Part shown: positions 41,362 to 50,429 of the stretch, piece by piece | How positions within the stretch are numbered: the first letter of the stretch is position 1 | Layout: the number at the start of each line of letters is the position of its first letter | Source: Nitrospirota bacterium | GTDB taxonomy: Bacteria > Nitrospirota > UBA9217 | NCBI GenBank assembly: GCA_963737155.1 | Contig: CAVTRN010000002.1 | Coordinates: forward strand, 800,001 to 864,000 | Length of the DNA: 64,000 nucleotides | Direction of reading: 5' to 3' | Notes under the pieces: generated by a model | The model's input: only the letters and a program-made list of their open reading frames with translations | What the model was told of the DNA's origin: nothing | Database searches by the model: none | Program-made: the position numbers and the translations under genes

Positions 41362-41622
41362 TCACTGGCTTACAGGCCCAGCAACTCTGCGCTTGCTACG
41401 AGAAGAACGGGTATTCATGTCACCTTGTCTTGTTAATAAACTTATCGGTTGCGCCCCTTTCCGAAGCTTCTCAAAAATATCCAGAGCACTTGCATGGGTC
41501 GTATCTTTAGATAAAAGATCAATTGCCTCAAGCCTCGGCGAGGGCAACTTATATACTATTTTTATTGAGAGTCTGTATCGGCCTTCTTTTGATTTCCTCT
41601 GGCGCAAAAAAAAACGTTTCAT
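41362..41622 (-). pseudogene. truncated Fur/PerR-family regulator
   Basis: KLPSPRLEAIDLLSKDTTHASALDIFEKLRK..IS resembles the Fur N-terminal winged helix; metal-binding C-terminal half absent. Confidence 0.6.
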
Positions 41623-41623
41623 G

Positions 41624-41677
41624 TTCGGAATGATTCCTAATTGTGTAAAGTTTAGAACCGCTCATACTGTTTGTCAA
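41624..41677 (-). promoter_or_regulatory. sigma70 promoter with adjacent Fur/PerR-type operator
   Basis: TTGACA-17 nt-TAAACT (41677..41649) followed by the 8-1-8 inverted repeat TTAGGAAT-C-ATTCCGAA (41640..41624). Confidence 0.65.
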
Positions 41678-41902
41678 GAGCCTTTGGGTTTATTACGGAA
41701 TCTCAGATAATCCTCACGGTTTGCGTTCAGAAGGGCGCTTCGGTAAGAGGAGCAGCGGTTGCATGGATAACTGGGGAAAGCCAGCCATTCCATGGAGAGA
41801 AGAGTCGGGGGAAACCTCTAGATACTTGCCGGGAACTTTATCTCCCCGGGATCATCCTGGAGTTCGTCAGTCGCAATATGAAGGAACGCCTGCGATCAAA
41901 AC

Positions 41903-42610
41903 TCATGATTCTTTTTCTTTCAGACGTATCTCAACACGCCTATTTTGCGCCCTATTCTCTGAGGTGTCGTTGATGGCAAGCGGCTTCTGATCGGCGTATC
42001 CTTTGATTGAAAGCCGTGAAGGATCTATGCCGTGGTGATTGATAAAATATTTTAAGACGCTTGTCGCCCTTGCAACGGATAATTCCCAATTTGAAGGATA
42101 GAGGCGTGTCTTAATAGGGACATTGTCAGTATGGCCTTCGATATCGACAAGGAATGTGGGATATCGTTTTATAATCTGAGCGATGCCGTCAAGCATCGGC
42201 TCCGAGCTTTCCAGCGTATCGGCTTCGCCAGGCCTAAACGTGACTCTTTCTCTCAGTGTAATAATAATTTCTTTATTGACAGCCGTTACAGAAACATCAT
42301 TTCCCAAGTTGTGTTTTTTTATTTCAGAACTCATTTCGCCCACCATCTCATCACGAGTGGAAAAGTTGCCCGTCGGCGTGTTCGCGGCAACATAGTTATG
42401 GTTTTTTTCTGCAATGGGCTTTGCGCCGGTTTTCGAGACAACCGCGAACATCACGAAGAATATGAGCAGTAGCGAAAGCACATCGCTCAGCGTAATAAGC
42501 CAATTGCTGTCCATATCGATGGCGGACCTGGATTTTTCGATGAGTGACCTGCCGGGAAAAGGTCGTGACATCCTCGGTTGCAATTTTTCTTCTTCCGAAA
42601 CTTCTTTCAT
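41903..42610 (-). CDS. motB: flagellar stator protein MotB
   Basis: WLITLSDVLSLLLIFFV TM with the conserved Asp; OmpA-like domain (GHTDN, NWELS..RA, NRRVEI). Confidence 0.88.
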   Translation of the reverse strand: MKEVSEEEKLQPRMSRPFPGRSLIEKSRSAIDMDSNWLITLSDVLSLLLIFFVMFAVVSKTGAKPIAEKNHNYVAANTPTGNFSTRDEMVGEMSSEIKKHNLGNDVSVTAVNKEIIITLRERVTFRPGEADTLESSEPMLDGIAQIIKRYPTFLVDIEGHTDNVPIKTRLYPSNWELSVARATSVLKYFINHHGIDPSRLSIKGYADQKPLAINDTSENRAQNRRVEIRLKEKES

Positions 42611-42645
42611 GCGACTCTCCTTTGAAAAAAATCGCTGGTAACCGG

Positions 42646-43446
42646 CTACTGGATATTGCCGCCGCTGGTTATCGCCAATTCACCCATGGTCCCGGACAGG
42701 CCGCTGTCTTTCTCATCGCGATAGCCGTTTATCTTTTCTGCAATTGACAGCGGGTGCTCCCCGTCATTTATGGACAGAATACCTTCGATGGCACCATGCA
42801 TGAGCGCCTCGGTCTGGATGGAGCGTTCTTCTAGTTTTGCGCAGAGTGGCAGCATAAAAAGATTTGAAATGATTACCCCGTAAAACGTGGACATCATGGC
42901 CATGGCCATGAGAGGAGCCATCGAATCGATTGACTGCATATTTTTAAACATGTTTATCAGGCTGATTACGGTTCCCGCAAGACCGAGGGAAGGGGTAAGC
43001 CGTGCAATTGTCTTCAGAACATTCTGACTGAAATTAAAGTCCATAATTATCACCGCCATCTCCCTTTCCATAATGGCTCTGATTTCTTCGCGCGATTTAG
43101 TGGTTAACAAAAGATTAACGCCCAGCTTTAATAAATCGTCCTCGATAAACTTTGCATGTTTTTCCAGTCCCCGGATATCGGCTCTTCGGCTGGCTCTCGC
43201 AATCTCCAAAATATCTTTGGACAAAGCCAGCCTGTCTCTTTGGGGCCGGAATGCATCAATGATGCAGGCGAAAGTTTTTTTGAGCCTTGTGACGGGAAAA
43301 CCAAGAAAAACAGCAACAATCGTTCCGCCGAGAACGATTGCCAGCGCGTCAGGATTGAAAACCATTGACATCCCGATATTTCGGAAAACTGTAGTGGAAA
43401 ATAACGCGAGAGCAATAACAAAAATACCGGCAACAATACTGTTCAT
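42646..43446 (-). CDS. motA: flagellar stator protein MotA
   Basis: IVLGGT, SRRADIRGLE, PSLGLAGTVISL, TFYGV..PL. Confidence 0.85.
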   Translation of the reverse strand: MNSIVAGIFVIALALFSTTVFRNIGMSMVFNPDALAIVLGGTIVAVFLGFPVTRLKKTFACIIDAFRPQRDRLALSKDILEIARASRRADIRGLEKHAKFIEDDLLKLGVNLLLTTKSREEIRAIMEREMAVIIMDFNFSQNVLKTIARLTPSLGLAGTVISLINMFKNMQSIDSMAPLMAMAMMSTFYGVIISNLFMLPLCAKLEERSIQTEALMHGAIEGILSINDGEHPLSIAEKINGYRDEKDSGLSGTMGELAITSGGNIQ

Positions 43447-43493
43447 ACTATCCTCCAGCGGTTTGTGCTCTATTGAATCCCTTCCAATGAATT

Positions 43494-43510
43494 AGCAACT
43501 ATGATGCCAA
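43494..43510 (-). promoter_or_regulatory. sigma54 promoter of motAB
   Basis: TTGGCATCATAGTTGCT with canonical GG-N10-GC, about 50 nt upstream of the motA start. Confidence 0.8.
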
Positions 43511-43869
43511 GAGAAGCATTTCTCTGAAATCTTGATTTCTTGCTGGATGTGGTACTATTATATTAAGTCTATGAAGTATTAACGTGACGTTTTTCAGACT
43601 TTTCATGAGGAATTATTTTCCGAAGAGGAAATGTTTTCCCGGTGAGGCTGGAAAATTGTAGCGGGAGAAGAAGGTTAAATGAGCAGACATTTTATATTGA
43701 TTAATATTTTGCATAATATGGCTTTATAGGGTTTATCATGAAGCTGAACCGCCTTTGAAGGAATATAATGCTGCGAGTTAATATGTATAACGTCGCCGAT
43801 GTCAGTAAGTAGATTAATTTTAAATATTTTCAACAGTATACGTTTTATTGTTGTTTGCAGGGTGCTGCT

Positions 43870-43974
43870 CTACTTGGCTGCATTAACGCCGACGATAAAA
43901 TAATTTTTTGACCAGCGAAGCTCTTTCTTCAGTTGATGTATCTGTTCAAGTCTGATATCATCAGTGTAGTTCAA
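43870..43974 (-). pseudogene. 5' remnant of a second IS110-family transposase
   Basis: AGGAGG + (L)NYTDDIRLEQIHQLKKELRWSKNYFIVGVNAAK*, resembling the LIVGIDVAK start of IS110 DEDD domains. Confidence 0.5.
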
Positions 43975-44105
43975 AGAGCCTCCTGTAATTTAGTCCCCCC
44001 ATAAATTGCTTTTTTATCAGGAGATTTCTGTTTTGGATAGTTGGGAAGCAAAACATCACGCTGCGGTTTTTTGCGAATAATGGTTAAACTGCGACGAAGG
44101 ATTGT

Positions 44106-44225
44106 ATGAAACGAAGATCAGGTGCGGATCGACGAAAACTCAATAATCCAAATTACAGAGGGCCAGACCGGAGATGTGGAAAAGACAGAAGGTCTGGCAA
44201 AGATCGTCGAAAATCGAATTTCTAA
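44106..44225 (+). CDS. 39-aa Arg-rich micropeptide A, putative c-di-GMP-binding protein
   Basis: RBS GAAGGA; MKRRSGADRRKLNNPNYRGPDRRCGKDRRSGKDRRKSNF; paralog at 46320. Confidence 0.75.
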   Translation: MKRRSGADRRKLNNPNYRGPDRRCGKDRRSGKDRRKSNF

Positions 44226-44309
44226 GAGATGTGCAAGGTGATGTGAGCGGTTACATACTGGTAATATAACTTTCCATCATAAATATGGTAATCAATGCGT
44301 GGAGGGGAT

Positions 44310-44712
44310 ATGTAGACGGTATTACTGGTCGACGAAGATCGACCTATTGAGTTATCTCTAATTTATCCTGTGCTCTGGAGGAAACAATATATTTTCAGAA
44401 GCCGATGCGCGATTGGCCTTACAAGCTCGCCAGAAAGGAATCAAAATAGAGCGGGGGAAGCGGATTCCTGAAGGATGCCCTGCTGATAGCGGAGTTGGGC
44501 TTCCGGAAAATCTTCGTTCTGTCCCGATTGACGCGGAGCTGACGAGGTAGGTTTTTCCCAATCTGGCAACTACTGCAAAAGAATCGATGACCGACGAAGG
44601 CGCCTTAAGCATCGCAGGAGAAAATATTCATCATATCGCCGATGATGGGTTATCGCTGCCCGACGGGGATTACATCAATTTGATCTTGCGGGATTCAGGA
44701 TCGGGATTGAAA
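44310..44712 (+). pseudogene. decayed receiver/histidine-kinase gene
   Basis: GGAGGGG + M*TVLLVDED; then LPENLRSVPIDAELTR*VFPNLATTAKESMTDEGALSIAGEN..GDYINLILRDSGSG (HATPase_c N and G1 boxes); stops at 44313 and 44548. Confidence 0.65.
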
Positions 44713-45020
44713 CCATGATGGGGAAAAGACTTTCTTCCTAAGCGACAAGAAAAACGTATACGCCTTCTTGGACAGCCATCGCCAATCAGTTAGAGCGATT
44801 TGTAAGCGAGAAGATTCATTTTCGGCTACCCCAGGTGAAGCACTGAAGGGGAATACAGGTGCTTGCCATGCTGAGTACATTCCGAATAATATTACCTTAC
44901 CAGGAACTCCAAGAAAAACCGCGCATTATTTGCGAAGAAATATTTCAATTCATTAGCACTTTTTCAAGGACTAAGGTGAATCTTAACCCGGCTCTAGAAT
45001 CCCCGGCAGCGGTAATAAAG

Positions 45021-46190
45021 ATGAAAAATAACAAAACCTTGCCGTATCTGTTTAACACATGGCATTTTATCTGGATTGCTATTTTATTCGCTGAATTGTT
45101 TACAACAGTCGCGAATGCTATCCAGAGTGTTCTTTGGTATGGGAAAATCTCATCGAGCCTGATGATTATAGGTGCAATCGACGCCTTGGTTGTATCCTCC
45201 ATCGTTGCGCCCATTACGTTCTATTTGATTCGGCATACGACCGAACTCAAAAAAATTAACGAGCAACTTCATCAGGAAATTGCTGAGCGTAAACGAGCGG
45301 AAACAGCCATGAAAAAGAGCGAAAATAAATATCGTACTATTTTCGAAAATGTCCAGGATATTTTTTATCAGACGGATATGCACGGCAACATAACTGATAT
45401 AAGCCCATCCATAACGAAGTATACAGGTTATTCACGTGAAGAGCTGATTGGCAAACCCGTGGCGAGTGTATATTTTAATCTAGAAGACAGAGATAAGATA
45501 CTGGAAATGACGCGGGAAACGGGAGAAGTCATTGATTATGAAATCGTGATCAAAGCCAAAAATGATCGTCAGGTGCAGATGTCGCTTCATGCGCATTTTC
45601 TGCATGATGTCGAAGGAAACCCTGCAGGTGTTGAGGGTGTAATGCGGGACATCACCGAACGAAAGCAGGTGGCAGCTCAACTGAAACAGCTGAATGAAAG
45701 ACTGTCCCGCCAAGCGACGACTGACCCCCTGACGCGGGTAGCCAACCGATTAAAGTTTAATGATGTGCTAAACACCGAGATTCGTCGAGCAACGCGGTTC
45801 AATACATCGCTTTCACTAGTGATGTTCGATGTTGATGATTTTAAGAAAATCAATGACAGCTATGGCCACCATGTGGGCGACAATGTCTTGCGTGAGTTGG
45901 CCGCTCTCGTTGCGCAAAATGTCAGAATCAACGATCTTTTCGCACGATGGGGTGGTGAAGAATTTATGATCATGGTGACAAATACGCCTATTGACCATGT
46001 GCGACATTATGCAGAGAAACTTCGCCTTATAATTGAAAAACATGATTTCCCCTGCGATCATCATGTGACATGCAGTTTTGGTGTGGCCCATCTCGGGATA
46101 GATGAGAATAACGACCGATTCATTCAGAAGGCGGACATTGCTCTCTATCGGGCAAAGGGACAGGGACGGAATAGAGTCGAAATAGCCTGA
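45021..46190 (+). CDS. membrane-anchored PAS-GGDEF diguanylate cyclase
   Basis: 2 TM helices, coiled coil, PAS/PAC ending DITERK, DPLT..NR, DVDDFKKINDSYGH, I-site RIND five residues before GGEEF. Confidence 0.93.
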   Translation: MKNNKTLPYLFNTWHFIWIAILFAELFTTVANAIQSVLWYGKISSSLMIIGAIDALVVSSIVAPITFYLIRHTTELKKINEQLHQEIAERKRAETAMKKSENKYRTIFENVQDIFYQTDMHGNITDISPSITKYTGYSREELIGKPVASVYFNLEDRDKILEMTRETGEVIDYEIVIKAKNDRQVQMSLHAHFLHDVEGNPAGVEGVMRDITERKQVAAQLKQLNERLSRQATTDPLTRVANRLKFNDVLNTEIRRATRFNTSLSLVMFDVDDFKKINDSYGHHVGDNVLRELAALVAQNVRINDLFARWGGEEFMIMVTNTPIDHVRHYAEKLRLIIEKHDFPCDHHVTCSFGVAHLGIDENNDRFIQKADIALYRAKGQGRNRVEIA

Positions 46191-46319
46191 TTGATATATT
46201 TAGCGGCAATAGGGCTAAAACTGATAAACTGAATTATGGAAAACTGAGTTGAGCTTACTTTTAAACTGGTGGATCTGTCCGTGCATTGGACTTGGGAAAT
46301 AAGCTGTAGCGAGGTGTGT

Positions 46320-46445
46320 ATGCAGATGAGTCGGAGATCAGGTGAAGATCGAAGGAAACTGAGCGGCCCAAATTATCGAGGGCCGGAGCGAAGAAACGGT
46401 AAAGAGAGAAGAGCGGGCAACGATCGCCGAAAATATAAATTATGA
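46320..46445 (+). CDS. 41-aa Arg-rich micropeptide B, putative c-di-GMP-binding protein
   Basis: RBS GAGGTG; MQMSRRSGEDRRKLSGPNYRGPERRNGKERRAGNDRRKYKL; paralog at 44106. Confidence 0.75.
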   Translation: MQMSRRSGEDRRKLSGPNYRGPERRNGKERRAGNDRRKYKL

Positions 46446-46499
46446 TCGTAGAAGCGTCATCTATACAAGACTAGAGAAAATAGCAATTGGAGAAACAGG

Positions 46500-47216
46500 A
46501 TGCGAGATTTGAGGAGATACCAGAGGTTCAAGGTGGACTTAACCGACCTGAGCAGCAAGATGAGCTCAATTGGCAAAGTAGAAATTATTGATATTAGCCT
46601 GGGTGGAGTAGCACTCAAGGCAGACAGGAAGCTTAATATAGGGAAAGAGTGCTTGATGACGCTCGGATACGAGGGGATGCATATTAATGTTCGGGGGATA
46701 GTAGTTCGTTCCGAATTAAGCGGGATTGAAGAACGATCTCATGGGGGGAAAGTCACTATTTACTCGGCTGGTATAGTATTTAAAGATGAATCAGCAGATA
46801 AAGTTAAGGATTTGCTCGATTCAATTGAAAATAACAAGAAAACACCGGTGCCAGAGCGGCCTGAATGGTTCTATAGCGACATTCAGTTTTCCATCACAAC
46901 GCCCAACGAAGAAGTTCTGAAGCTGCCCACACAGTTCGGCGTAAAAGATATTAGCCAGAGTGGTGTAATTATCCAAACTGATCATCAATTGAAGATAGAC
47001 AGCATGGTTCTCATGGAGTTGTCAGTTAACTCTTGTAATTCTGTAAGTTTTATGGGGAAAATTGTTGCGTGTCGCATGACTCAGGATGCGGAGCATGCAT
47101 ATTATGACATAGGGGTGGAATTCTCAGAATTAACGGATCGGGACAGGTCACTGCTTATGAGCTTTAGAGAATGTGTTAAAGAAAATGAAAATAACGGCAA
47201 AAAGCACGGAAAATAA
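46500..47216 (+). CDS. tandem PilZ-domain protein
   Basis: first domain RRYQR + DISLGG; second domain DISQSG..IGVEF without a clear RxxxR. Confidence 0.88.
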   Translation: MRDLRRYQRFKVDLTDLSSKMSSIGKVEIIDISLGGVALKADRKLNIGKECLMTLGYEGMHINVRGIVVRSELSGIEERSHGGKVTIYSAGIVFKDESADKVKDLLDSIENNKKTPVPERPEWFYSDIQFSITTPNEEVLKLPTQFGVKDISQSGVIIQTDHQLKIDSMVLMELSVNSCNSVSFMGKIVACRMTQDAEHAYYDIGVEFSELTDRDRSLLMSFRECVKENENNGKKHGK

Positions 47217-47542
47217 GGAATGACAATTTTAACCTGCCTCGGTTAACTTTCTTGACCAGCACATGAAGATCTTCATCACATGGAGATACTCATTTGGAAT
47301 GCTAACCATCTTACAATCCGGAAATGGATTCCTCCTCCCCCTGCTTGCTCTCACCCGTGATCACGTTGCTCGCTGGATATGATATGTACCTGGCCCATCT
47401 CTGAATGCCCCATGGCGGAATTGACTACCAGGGGACATGCGCACTTTTGGAGGTTGGCTTATGCACCGAAGAAGAACCATATTTATTGTGGTGCGTAGCG
47501 ACCTTGTTCCAGGGACAATGAAGGCTGTATCCCGCGCGGTGT

Positions 47543-48298
47543 CTATTGCCCGGTCTTGCCTGGAGAAAGCTTGTTCAGGGAGTTGTGCAGATCTTGCAAA
47601 TCAGCGATGATCGTGTCGAGATCGAATTTGTGCCAATCGAGCATGGCGGAGTGCAGGTGTAAACGGGCATCGCGCAAGGTTCTGGCTTTTTCGGATCCCT
47701 CGACAGGATGGTAAAGCTTCGTGTCTGCATCGACAAGGGTACTGCTCTGCCTCAGCAAGAGCAATACCGCCTTCGCTTTTTCGGGCACATAGGGGAAGAT
47801 GCCCATTCGCGTATTATGGCACCGCTCGCACACGGCCGTAATGGTGTCGGGTGTTAAAATATCTGTTACCATCGAGCCATGGCATGTTACACATTCGGGG
47901 CCTTTTCCCTCCGATTCAAGCATCTTGTAATGAAGGCTCTGGGTGAATTTATAGAATTCAGCTCCGTGACACTTGCCGCAGGTTGACGGGATGTTTTTGA
48001 AGTACACTGTGCTTCGGGCATCGGCCGAACCATACATGTCCGCATGGGCATCCTTCTGCCCGGGAGCGCGGGGATCGCCTCCATGGCATTTGTCGCAGGT
48101 CACTCCATGCTTTTGGTGTACCGATCCGTTCCAACTATGAGACTTTACGCCCACAAAACTGCTGCCCGGAAGCTGCGAATGGCAAGCGATGCAGGAATTC
48201 CCCGTTTCATTTTTGTCAGCACCGTATGTGGCCGCTGCAAACAGGAATGCGCCGCACGCCAAAAGGGCGCATACGAGAACCTGGTCACGTTTTGACAT
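47543..48298 (-). CDS. periplasmic pentaheme cytochrome c
   Basis: signal peptide; CIACH, CDKCH, CGKCH, CVTCH, CERCH. Confidence 0.92.
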   Translation of the reverse strand: MSKRDQVLVCALLACGAFLFAAATYGADKNETGNSCIACHSQLPGSSFVGVKSHSWNGSVHQKHGVTCDKCHGGDPRAPGQKDAHADMYGSADARSTVYFKNIPSTCGKCHGAEFYKFTQSLHYKMLESEGKGPECVTCHGSMVTDILTPDTITAVCERCHNTRMGIFPYVPEKAKAVLLLLRQSSTLVDADTKLYHPVEGSEKARTLRDARLHLHSAMLDWHKFDLDTIIADLQDLHNSLNKLSPGKTGQ

Positions 48299-49538
48299 TA
48301 CCGCCTCCCTTTCTGTTGTGCCAGCGCAAAACAGTGTAGCTAATACTCCACGCCGCTGCGGTTGCGAGTATAGCGAAGAGCGTCATCGCCTTCGGCGTGA
48401 TATGAAGCACGTCGATGTAGCCGGCCACGACCATCATGCAGAGGAAAATGATACCCCCGATACCCATAGAGGTCATGAAGGGCCTGTGGAGCGGATTTTC
48501 CATATAGTACTGCGGCACCTTTGCCCGGTCGAAGAAGGGGATTAATGCATACACAACGAATGTGAACGCCGGGAAAAAGACGCCGCCGATAGTCTCGGGC
48601 GTAATCTTCCCTCCCCAAATAGAGAATGACAGGTCGCCAGGCACCAGTTTCAGGAATCCATACACGACGAGGAAATACCAGTCAGGCCTCATCACGGGGG
48701 TTCCCGGCGACGGCGGTCCGTACGTTTCTATCGGATTCAACGGAATATACGTCGCCATCATCACGACTACAAACAGCAAAAACAGGAAAAATGACAGGCT
48801 GATGACGGCCTGTTCGGGCCAGATCGGGATGCCGATGAGCCTCCTCCCGCCCTGCGCCTCTTTGCGATCCCTGTTAGACCGGGGCTCCGTGTGTTTTTGC
48901 TTGACTAAAATGAGCAGGTGCAGGCCAATGAGGCCGACCAGTATTGTTGGAATCAGCATGACATGCATGAAGAAGAAACGGGGGACGGTCCCGTCTGAAG
49001 GGAAGTCACCTGCAAAGAGGAGCCTGGACATCCATTCCCCGACCCAGGGCACCGACTTTGCCATATAATAGGCAATGGATGTAGCGGTAACCGAGAACTG
49101 ACTGTAGGGGAGCAAGTAACCGGTAAATGCCGCAATCATGGAAGTGCCCCATAAACCGAGCCCCACGAGCCAGTTAATTTCCCGGGGCTTCCTATATGAC
49201 GCAGTGAAGTATATCCGCAGGAGATGGGCAAGGATGGCGGCGATCATGATCATTGCTGACCAATGATGAATGCGTCTTATAATCAGGCCCATGGGGAGCA
49301 GGTCAATTCTTACCACACTCGCATAAGCTGCTGGAACCATCGCACCGAAGAGGGATACCATCGCAGTCGAAGGCTCATAGAGAAATCCGAGGAAGATGCC
49401 AGTTGTGACAAGTGTAATGAAGGAGAACAACGCCGTTTCTCCGAGGAGGAAGATGGGGTGGGTCGGGAATGTCTTGCTCAGGAACTTCTCCTTGAACTTT
49501 CTGAGCTCCAATCTTTCATCGAGCCATTTGAAGACCAT
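48285..49538 (-). CDS. cytochrome b of a Rieske/cytochrome b complex (unsplit)
   Basis: RRIHHWSA..AHLLR, YRKPREINW, FTGYLLP, HVML..LH heme ligands, Qo motif PDWY. Confidence 0.95.
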   Translation of the reverse strand: MVFKWLDERLELRKFKEKFLSKTFPTHPIFLLGETALFSFITLVTTGIFLGFLYEPSTAMVSLFGAMVPAAYASVVRIDLLPMGLIIRRIHHWSAMIMIAAILAHLLRIYFTASYRKPREINWLVGLGLWGTSMIAAFTGYLLPYSQFSVTATSIAYYMAKSVPWVGEWMSRLLFAGDFPSDGTVPRFFFMHVMLIPTILVGLIGLHLLILVKQKHTEPRSNRDRKEAQGGRRLIGIPIWPEQAVISLSFFLFLLFVVVMMATYIPLNPIETYGPPSPGTPVMRPDWYFLVVYGFLKLVPGDLSFSIWGGKITPETIGGVFFPAFTFVVYALIPFFDRAKVPQYYMENPLHRPFMTSMGIGGIIFLCMMVVAGYIDVLHITPKAMTLFAILATAAAWSISYTVLRWHNRKGGGNVKT

Positions 49539-49556
49539 AGCCGTGTCCTCGCTTCC

Positions 49557-50171
49557 CTATACCTGCGGCCCGATCGGACCGTTGAAATCACTCGTAAAGG
49601 CAAGCGTTCCACCCTGCATTAACTTCACTCCGATTTGTGCGAGAGGGACCGGCGCCGGCCCGCCCATGACTTTTGCCCCCTGCGCAGGATTGAATATGCT
49701 GCCATGACAGGGGCATTCCGTGTATGATGCAAGGGGTGATTCCTTGTTTGCCATCCAGGAGACGGTACAGCCGAGATGAGTGCAGATAGCGCTATAGGCT
49801 ACGAACCCCTGGTCTGTCAGCGCAATGTCGGTGGGCGGCTTGAATTCCTTCGCTTCCAGTTTGATCAACTGGACAAGGTTTGCGGGGTTCGATGACTTGC
49901 CCGTGGGATAGGCGAGGACGGCATCGCCTGTCTGCATCGATGAAGCCATGATAGTTGTCCCGGCATTGTCTCCCTGTGCATACACGAGTTCGTCACCGGG
50001 CTTTATGGTCGCTGTATAGCCGCCTCCCGTCTTTTCGGGAGCAAGCTCTTTGAGCAAGGCAACAAGAGACACAAAGGCGCCAGCGACGGACACAATGAGC
50101 ATCCCAAGGGTGAACCTTCGCCGGGTGATGCCTTCCTTATTGACCTCGCTATCCGCGTTCCCGTCTACCAT
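49557..50171 (-). CDS. Rieske iron-sulfur protein
   Basis: Tat-like TRRRF anchor, CTHLGC, CPCHGSIF, GGPAP. Confidence 0.95.
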   Translation of the reverse strand: MVDGNADSEVNKEGITRRRFTLGMLIVSVAGAFVSLVALLKELAPEKTGGGYTATIKPGDELVYAQGDNAGTTIMASSMQTGDAVLAYPTGKSSNPANLVQLIKLEAKEFKPPTDIALTDQGFVAYSAICTHLGCTVSWMANKESPLASYTECPCHGSIFNPAQGAKVMGGPAPVPLAQIGVKLMQGGTLAFTSDFNGPIGPQV

Positions 50172-50428
50172 AGCAGCTCCTCCTCGCGGTCCTCCGACAC
50201 CTCCCTGAAGGGAACGAAATAGCGTGCAAAAAGAATTATCTCAATGCCAGCGATCAGCAGCTCGAAGGCCAGCAGTGAGCCCCAAAGATAGTCATTTCCC
50301 TGGCCGGATACGAGGAGATAGGCGAATGCGGCGCCCGCACCGAGAAGCAAGATTGACAGGACCAGGACCACGATCATGGCGGCAACTGGATAGGCAGGCC
50401 TCTTCTCCCGTAAGATCTCAAATCTCAT
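50165..50428 (-). CDS. small two-TM protein, probable complex subunit
   Basis: abuts or overlaps both neighbours; two hydrophobic helices. Confidence 0.8.
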   Translation of the reverse strand: MRFEILREKRPAYPVAAMIVVLVLSILLLGAGAAFAYLLVSGQGNDYLWGSLLAFELLIAGIEIILFARYFVPFREVSEDREEELLW

Positions 50429-50429
50429 G

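Noticed and set aside
41903-43446. MotA/MotB pair as Zorya ZorA/ZorB
   Set aside because: MotA has normal length without the long ZorA tail, there are no zorC/D/E genes, and a sigma54 promoter fits a flagellar stator
44106-46445. the two similar ~110-bp segments as a non-coding DNA repeat or IS end
   Set aside because: Differences are concentrated at synonymous or conservative positions, and both copies have an RBS, start and stop, which favours coding paralogs
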